Origin: an uncultured Dehalococcoidia bacterium
GTDB lineage: Bacteria > Chloroflexota > Dehalococcoidia > Dehalococcoidales > UBA1222
Assembly: GCA_903844845.1 (NCBI GenBank)
Contig: CAIMVG010000004.1
Coordinates: 30,840 to 94,839, forward strand
Length of the DNA stretch: 64,000 nt
Direction of reading: 5' to 3'
The notes below the pieces were generated by a model that saw nothing but the letters and a program-made list of their open reading frames with translations, ran no database searches and had not been told where the DNA came from. Shown here in pieces: positions 1 to 8,859 of the stretch. The position numbers were made by a program, and so were the translations under genes. Numbering within the stretch: position 1 is the first letter of the stretch; the number at the start of each line of letters is the position of its first letter.

Positions 1-1148
1 ATGGCAGAAAGCGTGTAGTCCGGCGTGTCGCCGGGAACAGCTATCATATCGAGACCGACAGAGCAGACGCAGGTCATGGCTTCCAGTTTTTCGAGGGAGA
101 GGGCCCCGGCCCTCACCGCGTCCACCATACCGGAATCTTCGCTGACCGGGATGAATGCGCCCGACAGGCCGCCTACGTGGGAACTCGCCATCACTCCGCC
201 TTTTTTCACCGCGTCGTTAAGCAGGGCCAGGGCGGCGGTCGTCCCGTGGGCGCCGCATCGCTCGAGGCCCATAGCTTCCAATATCAGCGCAACGCTGTCG
301 CCGACGACGGGTGTGGGAGCAAGCGAAAGGTCCACTACGCCGAAAGGTATCCCAAGGCGTTTCGAAGCTTCGGTCGCGACCAGTTGCCCCATACGGGTTA
401 TCTTGAAAGCTGTTTTCTTTATCAGTTCCGCCACTTCGCTGAAGTCTGCATCGGGCCCCAGTTTTTTAAGCGCGTTGTAAACCACTCCGGGGCCGCTCAC
501 CCCGACGTTTATGACGCTCTCGGGCTCGCCGATGCCATGAAAAGCCCCCGCCATGAATGGATTGTCTTCGGGGGCATTGGCAAAGACCACCAGCTTGGTG
601 CAGGCGATGCTGTCCCTGTCTGCGGAAAGGGCGGCCGCTTTCTTGATGACCCTTCCCATGTGGGCCACGGCGTCCATGTTGATGCCGGCTTTGGTGGTCG
701 CAACGTTAACCGAAGCGCAAACCCGCTCGGTGGTCGCAAGCGCCTCGGGTATGGATTCTATAAGGCGCGTGTCGCCGGTGGTGTACCCCTTGTGAACGAG
801 TGCGCTGTATCCGCCGATGAAGTTTATCCCGAGTTCTTTAGCTGCGCGATCCAGGGCGCGGGCGACTTTAACGAAATCCCCTTCCGAACTTTCTGCGACC
901 ATGGCGATGGGGGTCACGGAGATACGCTTGTTGATGATGGGGATGCCGTATTCCCGCTCGATGGCCTCGCCGGTGCGTACGAGGTTCCCTCCGACGGTGG
1001 TTATCTTGTCATAGATGAGGGTACATAGAGTGTCCATATCCGGGTGCGCGCAGTCGCGCAGCGATATCCCGAGCGTTATCGTTCGGATATCCAGGTTCTC
1101 GTGGGATATCATGTTGATGGTTTCAAATATCTCATATGGATTGATCAT
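1..1148 (-). CDS. UPF0210 / DUF711 (PFL-like) family protein, C-terminus cut by window edge
   Basis: Absent from the ORF track because it runs off the window. My own minus-strand translation from ATG at 1148 gives [37 protein letters not shown]...[15 protein letters not shown], the conserved UPF0210 N-terminus. It lies directly downstream of its usual ACT-domain partner. Confidence 0.8.
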   Translation of the reverse strand, partial: MINPYEIFETINMISHENLDIRTITLGISLRDCAHPDMDTLCTLIYDKITTVGGNLVRTGEAIEREYGIPIINKRISVTPIAMVAESSEGDFVKVARALDRAAKELGINFIGGYSALVHKGYTTGDTRLIESIPEALATTERVCASVNVATTKAGINMDAVAHMGRVIKKAAALSADRDSIACTKLVVFANAPEDNPFMAGAFHGIGEPESVINVGVSGPGVVYNALKKLGPDADFSEVAELIKKTAFKITRMGQLVATEASKRLGIPFGVVDLSLAPTPVVGDSVALILEAMGLERCGAHGTTAALALLNDAVKKGGVMASSHVGGLSGAFIPVSEDSGMVDAVRAGALSLEKLEAMTCVCSVGLDMIAVPGDTPDYTLSA

Positions 1149-1176
1149 GGCAAGTCTCCAAATGTCCGGGACTTCG

Positions 1177-1446
1177 TTAAATCTCATGCATGGACTTGAA
1201 GATGTCCTCGTGCTGTACCCTTATCTTGAGGCCGAGTTCGTCGCCTTTGGCGCTCAGGCGAGAGGACAAATGCTCGAAATCGATATTGGATTTGCTGATG
1301 TCGACCAGCATTATCATGGTAAACAAGCCCTGCATCGTGGTTTGGGTTATGTCGAGGATGTTAACGTTGGCGTCGGCGAGGATTGCGCTTACTCCGGCTA
1401 TGATGCCTACCCTGTCTGTTCCGATGACGGTGATCACTGCACGCAT
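1177..1446 (-). CDS. ACT-domain protein (UPF0237 family)
   Basis: The 89-aa [39 protein letters not shown]... is a typical stand-alone ACT domain. It is paired with the UPF0210 gene 28 nt downstream. Confidence 0.85.
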   Translation of the reverse strand: MRAVITVIGTDRVGIIAGVSAILADANVNILDITQTTMQGLFTMIMLVDISKSNIDFEHLSSRLSAKGDELGLKIRVQHEDIFKSMHEI

Positions 1447-1562
1447 ATTCTTGCTCCTGTTCTGGAATGAATCAAGCTCATTGATTATATCGTATAAACT
1501 GATTACCGGTTAAACCAGCCACCGCTGGCCTTGACAGCTGAATGTCGTACTCAAGAACGCTA

Positions 1563-1594
1563 TCGTTGTCATTCCCGCGAAGGCGGGAATCCAG
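1563..1594 (+). repeat. Short palindromic intergenic repeat (GTTGTCATTCC...GGAATCCAG family), copy A
   Basis: The sequence cgttgtcattcccgcgaaggcgggaatccagt contains an 8-bp hairpin ATTCCCGC/GCGGGAAT. It shares its termini with the copy at 2549-2589. Confidence 0.7.
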
Positions 1595-1883
1595 TATCAT
1601 TTGGGCAGGTCAAATCAATGGCAAAGTGCCTGCAACATTATGTCAATGGATTCGGTCCTTTTTCAGGAAACGAATAGTTTTCTCACGCATGGGCGAAGTT
1701 GTGTCAGGCATAGTATTCGTTTTTCGTTTAAATGAAACAAAGGCCATTTTTAGAGATTGAATCCGCTATATTTTTCTCGAGATATTGATAACCGTTCGTG
1801 ATCCAACAATTGCGTGTATGTCCTAATATAAATATAGCACATTTGTTCTGTTTTGTCTTGATGGCCGGCAAGTTCGTAACCCT

Positions 1884-2501
1884 TTGCTGACTTCTCCGAA
1901 TCTTGCAGCTATACTTGATACAAATATTATCATCGAGGCTATATTGAAATATCTGCCCGTCCTGCGTGAAATCGGTATCACCTTTTTGTTGGCGCTGATG
2001 ATATTCCTGGGTATCCACTATACCTTGCAAAACACCGAGGTTACCAGCGGCAGTATGCTTCCAACCTTGAGCATAGGTGAGCGGCTGTTCATAAACAAGC
2101 TGGCCTACAAATTTGGCAGTCTCCCTGAAAGGGGCGATATCATCGTGTTTGCACCGCCGCCCGAAGCTGACCCGATTTCGGAGACGGATTATATCAAGCG
2201 CGTCATCGGTCTGCCGGGGGAAGTCGTGGAGATAAAAAACGCTACCGTAAAGATCCACAAAACCGACGGCACGATAATTACGCTGGATGAGCCTTATATC
2301 GCCGCAGAACCTTACTACACCTATACGAGCCCTGTTATCCCGGCAGGCAATTATTTCGTGATGGGTGATAACCGCAACTATTCAGGGGATTCGCATAAGG
2401 GTTGGACTGTGCCTTGCGATAACATCGTCGGCAAAGCCTGGTTCGTGACCTGGCCGTTCAGCAAATCCGGTACCGCTCCAAATTACAATTTGCCATCATA
2501 G
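1884..2501 (+). CDS. lepB: Signal peptidase I
   Basis: Contains the catalytic Ser motif SGSMLPTL, the box YIKRVIGLPGEVVEI and GDNRNYSGDSH. TTG start as given in the ORF track; an N-terminal TM segment is present. Confidence 0.9.
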   Translation: MLTSPNLAAILDTNIIIEAILKYLPVLREIGITFLLALMIFLGIHYTLQNTEVTSGSMLPTLSIGERLFINKLAYKFGSLPERGDIIVFAPPPEADPISETDYIKRVIGLPGEVVEIKNATVKIHKTDGTIITLDEPYIAAEPYYTYTSPVIPAGNYFVMGDNRNYSGDSHKGWTVPCDNIVGKAWFVTWPFSKSGTAPNYNLPS

Positions 2502-2516
2502 AGTGCCCCTTCCCCG

Positions 2517-2640
2517 TTTGTCATCCCGGCCCGCGTCTTGTCCTCCGTCGTTGTCATTCCGGCGTCCGCCTGGGCGGACCGGAATCCAGAGTCGATTTGG
2601 CCCCGTATGTCATCCCTACCCGCAATCTGGGCTCCGGAAT
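2517..2640 (+). repeat. Cluster of three GTCAT(C/T)CC-type palindromic repeat units, copies B1-B3
   Basis: Units start at 2520 (gtcatcccggcccgcg), 2553 (gtcattccggcgtccgcctgggcggaccggaatccag, a long imperfect hairpin) and 2609 (gtcatccctacccgcaatctgggctccggaat). The cluster lies immediately after the lepB stop. Confidence 0.6.
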
Positions 2641-2704
2641 AAACCCGCAACACGGACGCCTCCGACTGATACCTTGGTGCTATAATCCCATCGAGGTAAG
2701 TGCG

Positions 2705-2956
2705 ATGAAAAAAGCGAACGAACTGGTCAGGGTATATTCCGCAAATACTCTCCTTGAAGGGGAAGCGGTTAAAGCGTATTTAACCAGTCAGGGCATACCG
2801 GTTTTTTTGAAATACGATACTCAGAGTAATATTGGCGGTATTGCCTGGGGCCCGCTGGGCGGGGCGCAACTGCTGGTTCCTGCGGAAAAAGCCGCCGAAG
2901 CCGCTGCGCTCATCGCACAAACCGAAAAGAAAACGGCCGGCCAAAAAGAGGATTGA
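2705..2956 (+). CDS. Small DUF2007-like (putative signal-transducing) protein
   Basis: I place the start at ATG 2705, preceded by GAGGT; the 5' part of track ORF 2597..2956 is repeat sequence. The protein MKKANELVRVYSANTLLEGEAVKAYLTSQGIPVF... resembles DUF2007 proteins. Confidence 0.6.
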   Translation: MKKANELVRVYSANTLLEGEAVKAYLTSQGIPVFLKYDTQSNIGGIAWGPLGGAQLLVPAEKAAEAAALIAQTEKKTAGQKED

Positions 2957-3033
2957 AGAGTGTGATATTTCAGATTTTGAATCAGGTTGGATTCACCGGT
3001 CACCAAAGAGTCAAAGTTGTCCATTGATCAAAT

Positions 3034-3055
3034 ATCGGGATATCTGCCATTCCAT
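3034..3055 (+). repeat. 22-nt direct repeat, left copy (atcgggatatctgccattccat)
   Basis: Matches 3567-3588 at 21/22 positions in the same orientation. The two copies bracket ORF 3114..3551. Confidence 0.75.
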
Positions 3056-3113
3056 GCTTGGGTATGTACGGTTTGAATGTATCATTGACAATCAATGATA
3101 AAATTACGCAACG

Positions 3114-3551
3114 ATGATGAAGAAATCAATGGTTGCTAAGATCTCAATTGTTGCTGGATTTACCTCCATACTCGCGGTAGTTTTAGCAATGGTGCTCTCA
3201 TCAGTTAGAATTGATTTGCTAGTCGATAAACGTATCACAACAAACACTAGTGACTTTATTTACCAAATTCAGTTGTTTCTGGAAATCACAACCCCAATTT
3301 TAGCAATTTTAGCCATTGTTTTGGGTTTAAAATCTAACGCACATAAACCAATTACAAATGAAACTTCAGAACTTCCGAAAATCGTACGAAGGATATCGCC
3401 AGGATCGATCGGGGTTACATTTGCCCTGTTCGCGCTAATTATTTTGTGTTTTGATTTTTTCCCCTGGGGAGGGTTCATCGGGTTATTTCTTCTTGTGCCA
3501 ATCCTCATTGTGCGTGGAGCGTTATTTCTCAAAAGGACGTTTTGGCGGTAG
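3114..3551 (+). CDS. Hypothetical integral membrane protein (about 4 TM), AT-rich
   Basis: 145-aa ORF with four hydrophobic segments. It is visibly more AT-rich than its flanks. I recognise no family. Confidence 0.6.
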   Translation: MMKKSMVAKISIVAGFTSILAVVLAMVLSSVRIDLLVDKRITTNTSDFIYQIQLFLEITTPILAILAIVLGLKSNAHKPITNETSELPKIVRRISPGSIGVTFALFALIILCFDFFPWGGFIGLFLLVPILIVRGALFLKRTFWR

Positions 3552-3566
3552 CGTCTTCAAGCCATC

Positions 3567-3588
3567 ATCGGGATGTCTGCCATTCCAT
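3567..3588 (+). repeat. 22-nt direct repeat, right copy (atcgggatgtctgccattccat)
   Basis: See the left copy at 3034-3055. Looser similarity extends outward on both sides (ccat..atc upstream, gc.tg downstream). Confidence 0.75.
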
Positions 3589-3618
3589 TGCCTGCGCTTT
3601 CTATTCAGCGATTCGGCA

Positions 3619-5643
3619 CTAACCGACCGATAGATATTGCGGCATGGTCATGAACGCGAACCTGTACCTGAGTGCGCCGTTCAAACCGCTCAAGGTAATT
3701 ACGGCTTCCGTGTAGGGTCCTGCCCCATCAAGGATTGTAACGGGAAGTGATTCTACCCGAACGCCGTTGACACTGTTGATATTGTCCACTGCCTCCCAAC
3801 CCAAATCTTCCTGCGTCAGGCTGAAGCCGGTCAGCGTTATCACCCAGTATGGCTCGCCAAGGCCCCAACCGGGAGCGCTCCATCCGATTCCAATTTTAAC
3901 TTTCGCCTGGCCGGTTACAAATGCCGGCACGAAGCCGAGGGCCTGTTTGATCGCCTGCTGTTGAGAAACCGGCCATTTTGTTGGCGAAAGTGCAACTGTG
4001 GTCGGGCTATATGAATAAGGTGCATCGACAGTCACGACCGTTTGAGGAACAGCGGTCAGAGGCGGCGGTGTTGCCGTCACGCCCGTTGACGTAACCGCCA
4101 CGGGATGATCAGGCAACAGCGCCCAATTAAATGTGGTCGAACCGTTGCAAGCCGCGAGTTTTCGCTGGCTCGTGCCGTCGGCATTCATGACATACAAACC
4201 GTAGCTGGGGATGCTTGATGAACCGTTCGCTCCCAAGTAGGCGATCTGTGTCCCATCCGGCGACCACTGCGGTATCGTGCACGATATTGAGTTGCCGGTA
4301 AGCCTGGTGGCACCCGAGCCGTCGGATTGCATAACATATATCGCCAAATATCCGTCGCGGTTGGAGTAGAACGCGATTTTAGTCCCATCTGGAGACAGGG
4401 CGGGAGCCATTTCTTCGAATTTATTATCTGTTAATTGAACTAAGCCGGTACCATCAATGTTGACGGCGTATATTTCCCATGTGTCGAACGGATCGGTATT
4501 GACCGGGCCCGTGGCAAAGGTGATGCACCGGGCATCTGGAGACCACGACAGGCGAAAACAGATACCGCCGATACCCTCAGCAATGGTTTTATGGCCCGTG
4601 CCGTCCGTGTTCATCACATCGATGGTGTATTTTCCGTCGCGGTAAGTTGTATACGCGATCTGGCTTCCGTCAGGCGACCACCAGGGCCAGTTTCCGCCCG
4701 ATGACGCCGAAGTCGTCAGCCTTGTTAGCCCTTGGTTCAGGCCGGGGCCTGTGACGGTATAGATGTCATAGCCGACCCCGTTGCTCGCACTGAATGCCAG
4801 CCGGGTTCCGTCGGGAGACCATGCCGGGGCCTTGATGTCGTAAATGGTCCCGGAGTTTCCGATACTGGACACCAGGGGCGCTGGTTGGGAGCCGTCATAG
4901 CCGATAGTGGAAAGGACGTAAGCGCCGTTGGAATCGGAGACCACCGCAAACTGCTGACGCGCTTGCGACCAACCAGGATAGGTATTCTCAGAACTGTTGT
5001 ACAGCAGGGGAGTCGAGGCTGAGCCATCCGTATTTACAACGTTGATACCGTAATGTACTCCGCTTGCTCCATTCATCAGCGATGAAAAGACCAATTGAGG
5101 CTGGCTTGAAGGCAAGCCAACGGTATTTAACAGCCATTGGTTTACCTTTTTGGCGGCCATATCTACGCCGACCATCACCATGGTCCCGCTGTCTCCGCTC
5201 AGGATTACGATCTTCTGGCCATTTTCCCCTGCCATCTCCTGTGTCCCGAGGTGTTGCAGGTCGCTTGCCGTAAAAGTAGCCCGAACACGCAAGTCTGCCA
5301 AAGCAATCTCACTCGCTGATACTGGGATTGAACCATGAGTATCGAATAACGGCGGAACAACAAAAAACAGGCTGAGAACCAGAACGAGGGCGATCGCGGT
5401 AAATACTACCTGTTTTAACACGCTATGCTGATCAAGAACACCCCGCCACGTTTTTAGAGATAGCGAGTGTACTTTTCCCGCCACGGGCCGGCGCCCAAGG
5501 CGAGCATCCTGCCGGGAACCGGTTCCGGCTACAAGCAGGTTTCTGAGCTCCCGCCTGTGAGTAGGCAAATTTATCCCCGAGGGAACTTCGATACCATCGA
5601 AGTATTGGGCCGCAAAATCGTTCAGCGACATTTCATTTTCCAT
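3619..5643 (-). CDS. Putative anti-sigma factor: cytoplasmic N-terminus, one TM, extracytoplasmic TolB-like (PD40) beta-propeller plus unknown C-terminal domain
   Basis: Starts 18 nt downstream of the ECF sigma gene with a GGAGGG SD. A TM segment lies around residues 85-105. PD40-type repeats recur: SPDGTRLAFSASNG, SPDGSQIAYTTYRDG, SPDARCITFA, SPDGTKIAFYSNRDG, SPDGTQIAYLG. Confidence 0.7.
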   Translation of the reverse strand: MENEMSLNDFAAQYFDGIEVPSGINLPTHRRELRNLLVAGTGSRQDARLGRRPVAGKVHSLSLKTWRGVLDQHSVLKQVVFTAIALVLVLSLFFVVPPLFDTHGSIPVSASEIALADLRVRATFTASDLQHLGTQEMAGENGQKIVILSGDSGTMVMVGVDMAAKKVNQWLLNTVGLPSSQPQLVFSSLMNGASGVHYGINVVNTDGSASTPLLYNSSENTYPGWSQARQQFAVVSDSNGAYVLSTIGYDGSQPAPLVSSIGNSGTIYDIKAPAWSPDGTRLAFSASNGVGYDIYTVTGPGLNQGLTRLTTSASSGGNWPWWSPDGSQIAYTTYRDGKYTIDVMNTDGTGHKTIAEGIGGICFRLSWSPDARCITFATGPVNTDPFDTWEIYAVNIDGTGLVQLTDNKFEEMAPALSPDGTKIAFYSNRDGYLAIYVMQSDGSGATRLTGNSISCTIPQWSPDGTQIAYLGANGSSSIPSYGLYVMNADGTSQRKLAACNGSTTFNWALLPDHPVAVTSTGVTATPPPLTAVPQTVVTVDAPYSYSPTTVALSPTKWPVSQQQAIKQALGFVPAFVTGQAKVKIGIGWSAPGWGLGEPYWVITLTGFSLTQEDLGWEAVDNINSVNGVRVESLPVTILDGAGPYTEAVITLSGLNGALRYRFAFMTMPQYLSVG

Positions 5644-5661
5644 TTTCTTCCCTCCAATGGA

Positions 5662-6240
5662 TCAGACAATGGACGCGGAATCGGCAATCATCATTTTCTT
5701 GAGCCTCTCAAGGCCTCGGTAGAAACGCGTTTTGACCGTTTCTTCATGCACCCCGAGGATAGAAGCTATTTCGTTGAGTTGTAACTGTTGAAAGAACCGT
5801 AAAGCGAGGACTTCCTGGTACTTCACGGGAAGCTGGGCAATCCACTGTTGAACATCGAGAAAGCGCTCATAGTTCCGCAGTTTTTCATCGGCGTCGTTCA
5901 TTTCAGCATCGGGCGCAGGGACTTCCAGTGTAATTGATTCGCCTATTTTTTCCGCAAGCACCATCCCGTGGCCGTTTTGCCTGAAATGATTGGCGATTTC
6001 GTTGTTGGCGATCCTGCAAAGCCAGGCTGTGAAAGGAACCCCGGTCCATTTGAAATGTGTGATGTTCTTCAGGGCTTTAAGGAAGACTTCGGATGTGATG
6101 TCCTGTGCGATAACGAGATTGGCCGTTCTCACCAGGACATAGCCGAAGATTTTTTGGTAATTCTCATCATACAATCGCCCAAAAGCCTCGTTGTTGCTCT
6201 TGGCTGATTCGACAAGCTCGCGTTCCTGTTCCTGATTCAT
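5662..6240 (-). CDS. RNA polymerase ECF-type sigma-70 family factor
   Basis: The 192-aa protein has region 2 (FGRLYDENYQKIFGYVLVRT...DITSEVFLKAL) and region 4 (LPVKYQEVLALRFFQQLQLNEIASILGVHEETVKTRFYRGLERL). Confidence 0.9.
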   Translation of the reverse strand: MNQEQERELVESAKSNNEAFGRLYDENYQKIFGYVLVRTANLVIAQDITSEVFLKALKNITHFKWTGVPFTAWLCRIANNEIANHFRQNGHGMVLAEKIGESITLEVPAPDAEMNDADEKLRNYERFLDVQQWIAQLPVKYQEVLALRFFQQLQLNEIASILGVHEETVKTRFYRGLERLKKMMIADSASIV

Positions 6241-6252
6241 GTTGTTAATATA

Positions 6253-6281
6253 TTAACGGATTTGTAACACAAATAGTTTCA
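6253..6281 (-). promoter_or_regulatory. Candidate ECF-type autoregulatory promoter TGAAAC-N17-CGTTAA
   Basis: The minus strand reads tgaaac (6281-6276), a 17-nt spacer, then cgttaa (6258-6253), resembling sigW/sigE-type ECF promoters. It ends only 12 nt from the sigma ATG and no SD is present, so the mRNA would be nearly leaderless. Confidence 0.35.
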
Positions 6282-6634
6282 AAATTACAGAACCAATTAA
6301 TAATTTCGATCAGGTGAACGATGACAGAGAAGAAAATGAGGAGGGGAAACTTCGGTTTAACGTATCAGAGTCTAATTGAGTCTTTTGTCTTAAATAGTTG
6401 AAATAATATGACTGACAAATAACTAATATCGGGATATCTGTTCAAAAAAATGAGAATTTAGAAGATTCAACCAGTTTTAAGTAAAAACAATTAGCTGTTT
6501 CAAAATATCACGTCGCTTTATTTTCCCACCCCCATTTTCCTTGTTTATTTTGCCGTAGATATCCTTGACAGTTCCCCCCTCTATATTTTTATAATTTAAC
6601 TTTGATTTTATTGTTGGGGGAGTGGAGTATTCAG

Positions 6635-7597
6635 ATGGAAAACGATGCAAACTTGATCAGGACTTTAAGCGGGCATACCCAACGAGTCAGTTCAGTCCGC
6701 TTCTGCCCTAACGGGAAACATGCGGTCAGCGGATCGTGGGACAATACTTTGATCCTGTGGGATACAGAAACCGGAGAAGCAATCCGCACTTTCAAAGGCC
6801 ACCAGGACAAGGTCCACGCCATCGATGTGTCCGGCGACGGCAAATTCGCCGTCAGCGGGGCCGGAGATGGGAAAATAATGCTGTGGGACCTGGCAACTGG
6901 GGAAACTATCCGCACTTTTGACGGGTACCTGGCCTGGGTCTGGGCGCTGGGGCTAAGCCCGGACGGAAAATTTGCCTTGAGCGGGGCATTCAACAGGGTC
7001 ATGAATCTCTGGGACGTCGAAACCGGAAAACAAATCAGGACCTTCACAGGCCATTCCCGCGACGTATGGTCGGTAAAGTTCACCCCCGACGGCACGAAAG
7101 CCATAAGCGCTTCCGAAGATAACTCACTGATGCTGTGGGACGTTCAAACGGGCCAAAAGATCCGCACATTCAACGGCCATACGGCGAAAGTCACAAGCGT
7201 GAGTTTGACGGGCGACGGCAAACTGGCCCTCAGCGGGGCCTGGGACAACACCCTCATACTTTGGGACGTCGAAACAGGGAACGCCGTCCGCACCTTTAAA
7301 GCGCATTCCGACAAAGTTGAAGGTGTAGCGATGAACGATACCGATAAATTCGCAGTCAGCGCTTCTTGGGACAAAACGGTGAAATTGTGGAACCTTGAAA
7401 CAGGCGAAACCATGCGCACATTCAATGGTCATTCGGCGGAAGTAACCTCGGTGAGCCTGAGCGGCGATTTCAAACGTGTTCTCAGCGGCTCCGGGGACAA
7501 AACGTTGAACCTGTGGAACCTGGAACCCTTTGTCACCGGGATGCTTGCGGCTGCACCGCCTCAAGTTACAAACGAAACACCGGCTGCAGGGGCTTAA
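6635..7597 (+). CDS. Stand-alone WD40-repeat protein (seven repeats, one predicted beta-propeller)
   Basis: Seven roughly 42-aa units each contain (I/V/M)RTFxGH...SGSxDxTLxLWD. I prefer ATG 6635 (preceded by GGGGGAGTGGAG) to the track start at 6602. Confidence 0.9.
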   Translation: MENDANLIRTLSGHTQRVSSVRFCPNGKHAVSGSWDNTLILWDTETGEAIRTFKGHQDKVHAIDVSGDGKFAVSGAGDGKIMLWDLATGETIRTFDGYLAWVWALGLSPDGKFALSGAFNRVMNLWDVETGKQIRTFTGHSRDVWSVKFTPDGTKAISASEDNSLMLWDVQTGQKIRTFNGHTAKVTSVSLTGDGKLALSGAWDNTLILWDVETGNAVRTFKAHSDKVEGVAMNDTDKFAVSASWDKTVKLWNLETGETMRTFNGHSAEVTSVSLSGDFKRVLSGSGDKTLNLWNLEPFVTGMLAAAPPQVTNETPAAGA

Positions 7598-7615
7598 ACC
7601 CTGCCGAAAACAAAG

Positions 7616-7665
7616 CGCCGGCCCGGGCATTTGCGGATGCATAAGCATGCGCGTCCGGGCCGGCG
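7616..7665. terminator. Large GC-rich hairpin between convergent genes (probable terminator)
   Basis: The arms cgccggcccgg (7616-7626) and ccgggccggcg (7655-7665) form an 11-bp perfect stem. On the minus strand it is followed by CTTTGTTTTC, so it fits an intrinsic terminator for the YHS gene. It may also stop WD40 transcription. Confidence 0.55.
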
Positions 7666-7698
7666 GATTATATGGCCGGGTGAGCCGCGAACGGCTGA

Positions 7699-8283
7699 TT
7701 ATTTGTTGATATATGCCTCGGGATTATTGGCGAAAGACTGGCGGCAGGAAGGTGCGCAAAAATAATAATTTTTGCCGTCGTGCTTGTACTCGAGGGACGA
7801 TTTGGGGTCCACGTTCATAAGGCAAACCGGGTCGATCTCCCAGATGACCGCGCTGCCCTTTTTCACCAGCACTACCAGTGCGACCATAGAAGTAAAGTAC
7901 AAAATCATTATCAAACCGGCGGTGATGGTGACCGCGTTTCCGTTATAAAGATACTGGAGCATGACCCCGAGCATGGCTCCCATCATGCCCCCCATCATCC
8001 CGCCCATGCCGCCGTCCATCATACCCATAAGGCCGCCGACGCGTCCGAATACGATACCGAAAACGAGCCCGACCAGCAGGCCGACCATGTTCCCTACAAA
8101 CATATCGGTGGTTGCCCCGACGAAATAGCCTACGGCAATGCCCGTCATCATGCCCTGGGTCATGCCGATCATCATGCCGTACATCTCGGTTATAGATTTG
8201 TGCCGCGAGATGTATATGCCTTCTGCCGTGCTGAAAAGCAGCACTATAATGCTTCCAACTATTGCTACAACCGGATTCAACAT
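7699..8283 (-). CDS. Met/Gly-rich membrane protein with C-terminal YHS (TRASH-like) metal-binding domain
   Basis: The C-terminus DPVCLMNVDPKSSLEYKHDGKNYYFCAPSCRQSFANNPEAYI matches the YHS domain pattern. TM helices are present, together with the tract GGLMGMMDGGMGGMMGGMMGAMLG. Confidence 0.8.
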   Translation of the reverse strand: MLNPVVAIVGSIIVLLFSTAEGIYISRHKSITEMYGMMIGMTQGMMTGIAVGYFVGATTDMFVGNMVGLLVGLVFGIVFGRVGGLMGMMDGGMGGMMGGMMGAMLGVMLQYLYNGNAVTITAGLIMILYFTSMVALVVLVKKGSAVIWEIDPVCLMNVDPKSSLEYKHDGKNYYFCAPSCRQSFANNPEAYINK

Positions 8284-8319
8284 AGCATTTTCCTTAAATC
8301 AGGGAAATCTCCCAAAAGG

Positions 8320-8859
8320 TCAATATGTGACCGTAAAATCGAAGGCTACGGTGTTTGTTTGACCCCCGTGCACGATGGCGACTGTTACCCTCCAGGGGCC
8401 GGCCATAGAGAACCTGACGGTTTTGTTGTAATGCCCGGGACCCACGAGCGCAGGCTTGGAGACGCTGTTACCCATGTTCATGTTGGTCATATTGAGAGTG
8501 AAAGTAAGCACAGCGTCGTCAACCGCCTGTCCGTTTTCATCAGCTAAGTATGCGTCGAGAACTCCGTTTCCGGGTTTCAGAGGGGCAGGAGTGGTTACCA
8601 TCCAGATCCGCAGTGTCCCGGCCTTTTGAACGCCGGAAGCCGGGATCTGGAGAGAAGTGGTCCCCGTGGAAGTCGCCGAAGTGATTGCAGCTGTTGTCGG
8701 TGCCGCCGACGTCACAGGTGCCGTCGAAGTGGCCGCCGCGGTGGTCGGTACCGCGGAGGGAGCAGACGCCGTCAATGTTCCCGACGGGCTATTTGAACAG
8801 GCTGCCGTCACCATCAATCCGAGCGCCGCGATTACGATCATCCATTTTTTCAACATCAT
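8320..8859 (-). CDS. Lipoprotein with YtkA/FixH-like domain
   Basis: Has a signal peptide plus lipobox (LMVTAAC), a T/A/S-rich linker, and then NMTNMNMGNSVSKPALVGPGHYNKTVRFSMAGPWRVTV, typical of YtkA-like domains. It lies 36 nt upstream of the YHS gene. Confidence 0.65.
   Translation of the reverse strand: MMLKKWMIVIAALGLMVTAACSNSPSGTLTASAPSAVPTTAAATSTAPVTSAAPTTAAITSATSTGTTSLQIPASGVQKAGTLRIWMVTTPAPLKPGNGVLDAYLADENGQAVDDAVLTFTLNMTNMNMGNSVSKPALVGPGHYNKTVRFSMAGPWRVTVAIVHGGQTNTVAFDFTVTY

Noticed and set aside
25-1028. Plus-strand ORFs 25..480 and 177..1028 (151 and 283 aa)
   Set aside because: They are antisense to a clearly recognisable UPF0210 gene on the minus strand, have Arg/Gly/Ala-rich composition typical of GC-rich shadow frames, and show no recognisable domains.
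7635-7648. The 14-mer ggatgcataagcat, shared with 55289-55302
   Set aside because: Several exact 14-mer matches are expected by chance in a 64-kb window counting both strands. The flanks do not match.
7780-8547. Plus-strand 255-aa His-rich ORF
   Set aside because: It is antisense to two good minus-strand genes (the YHS membrane protein and the YtkA-like lipoprotein). Its His/Asp richness is the mirror image of the Met/Gly codons.
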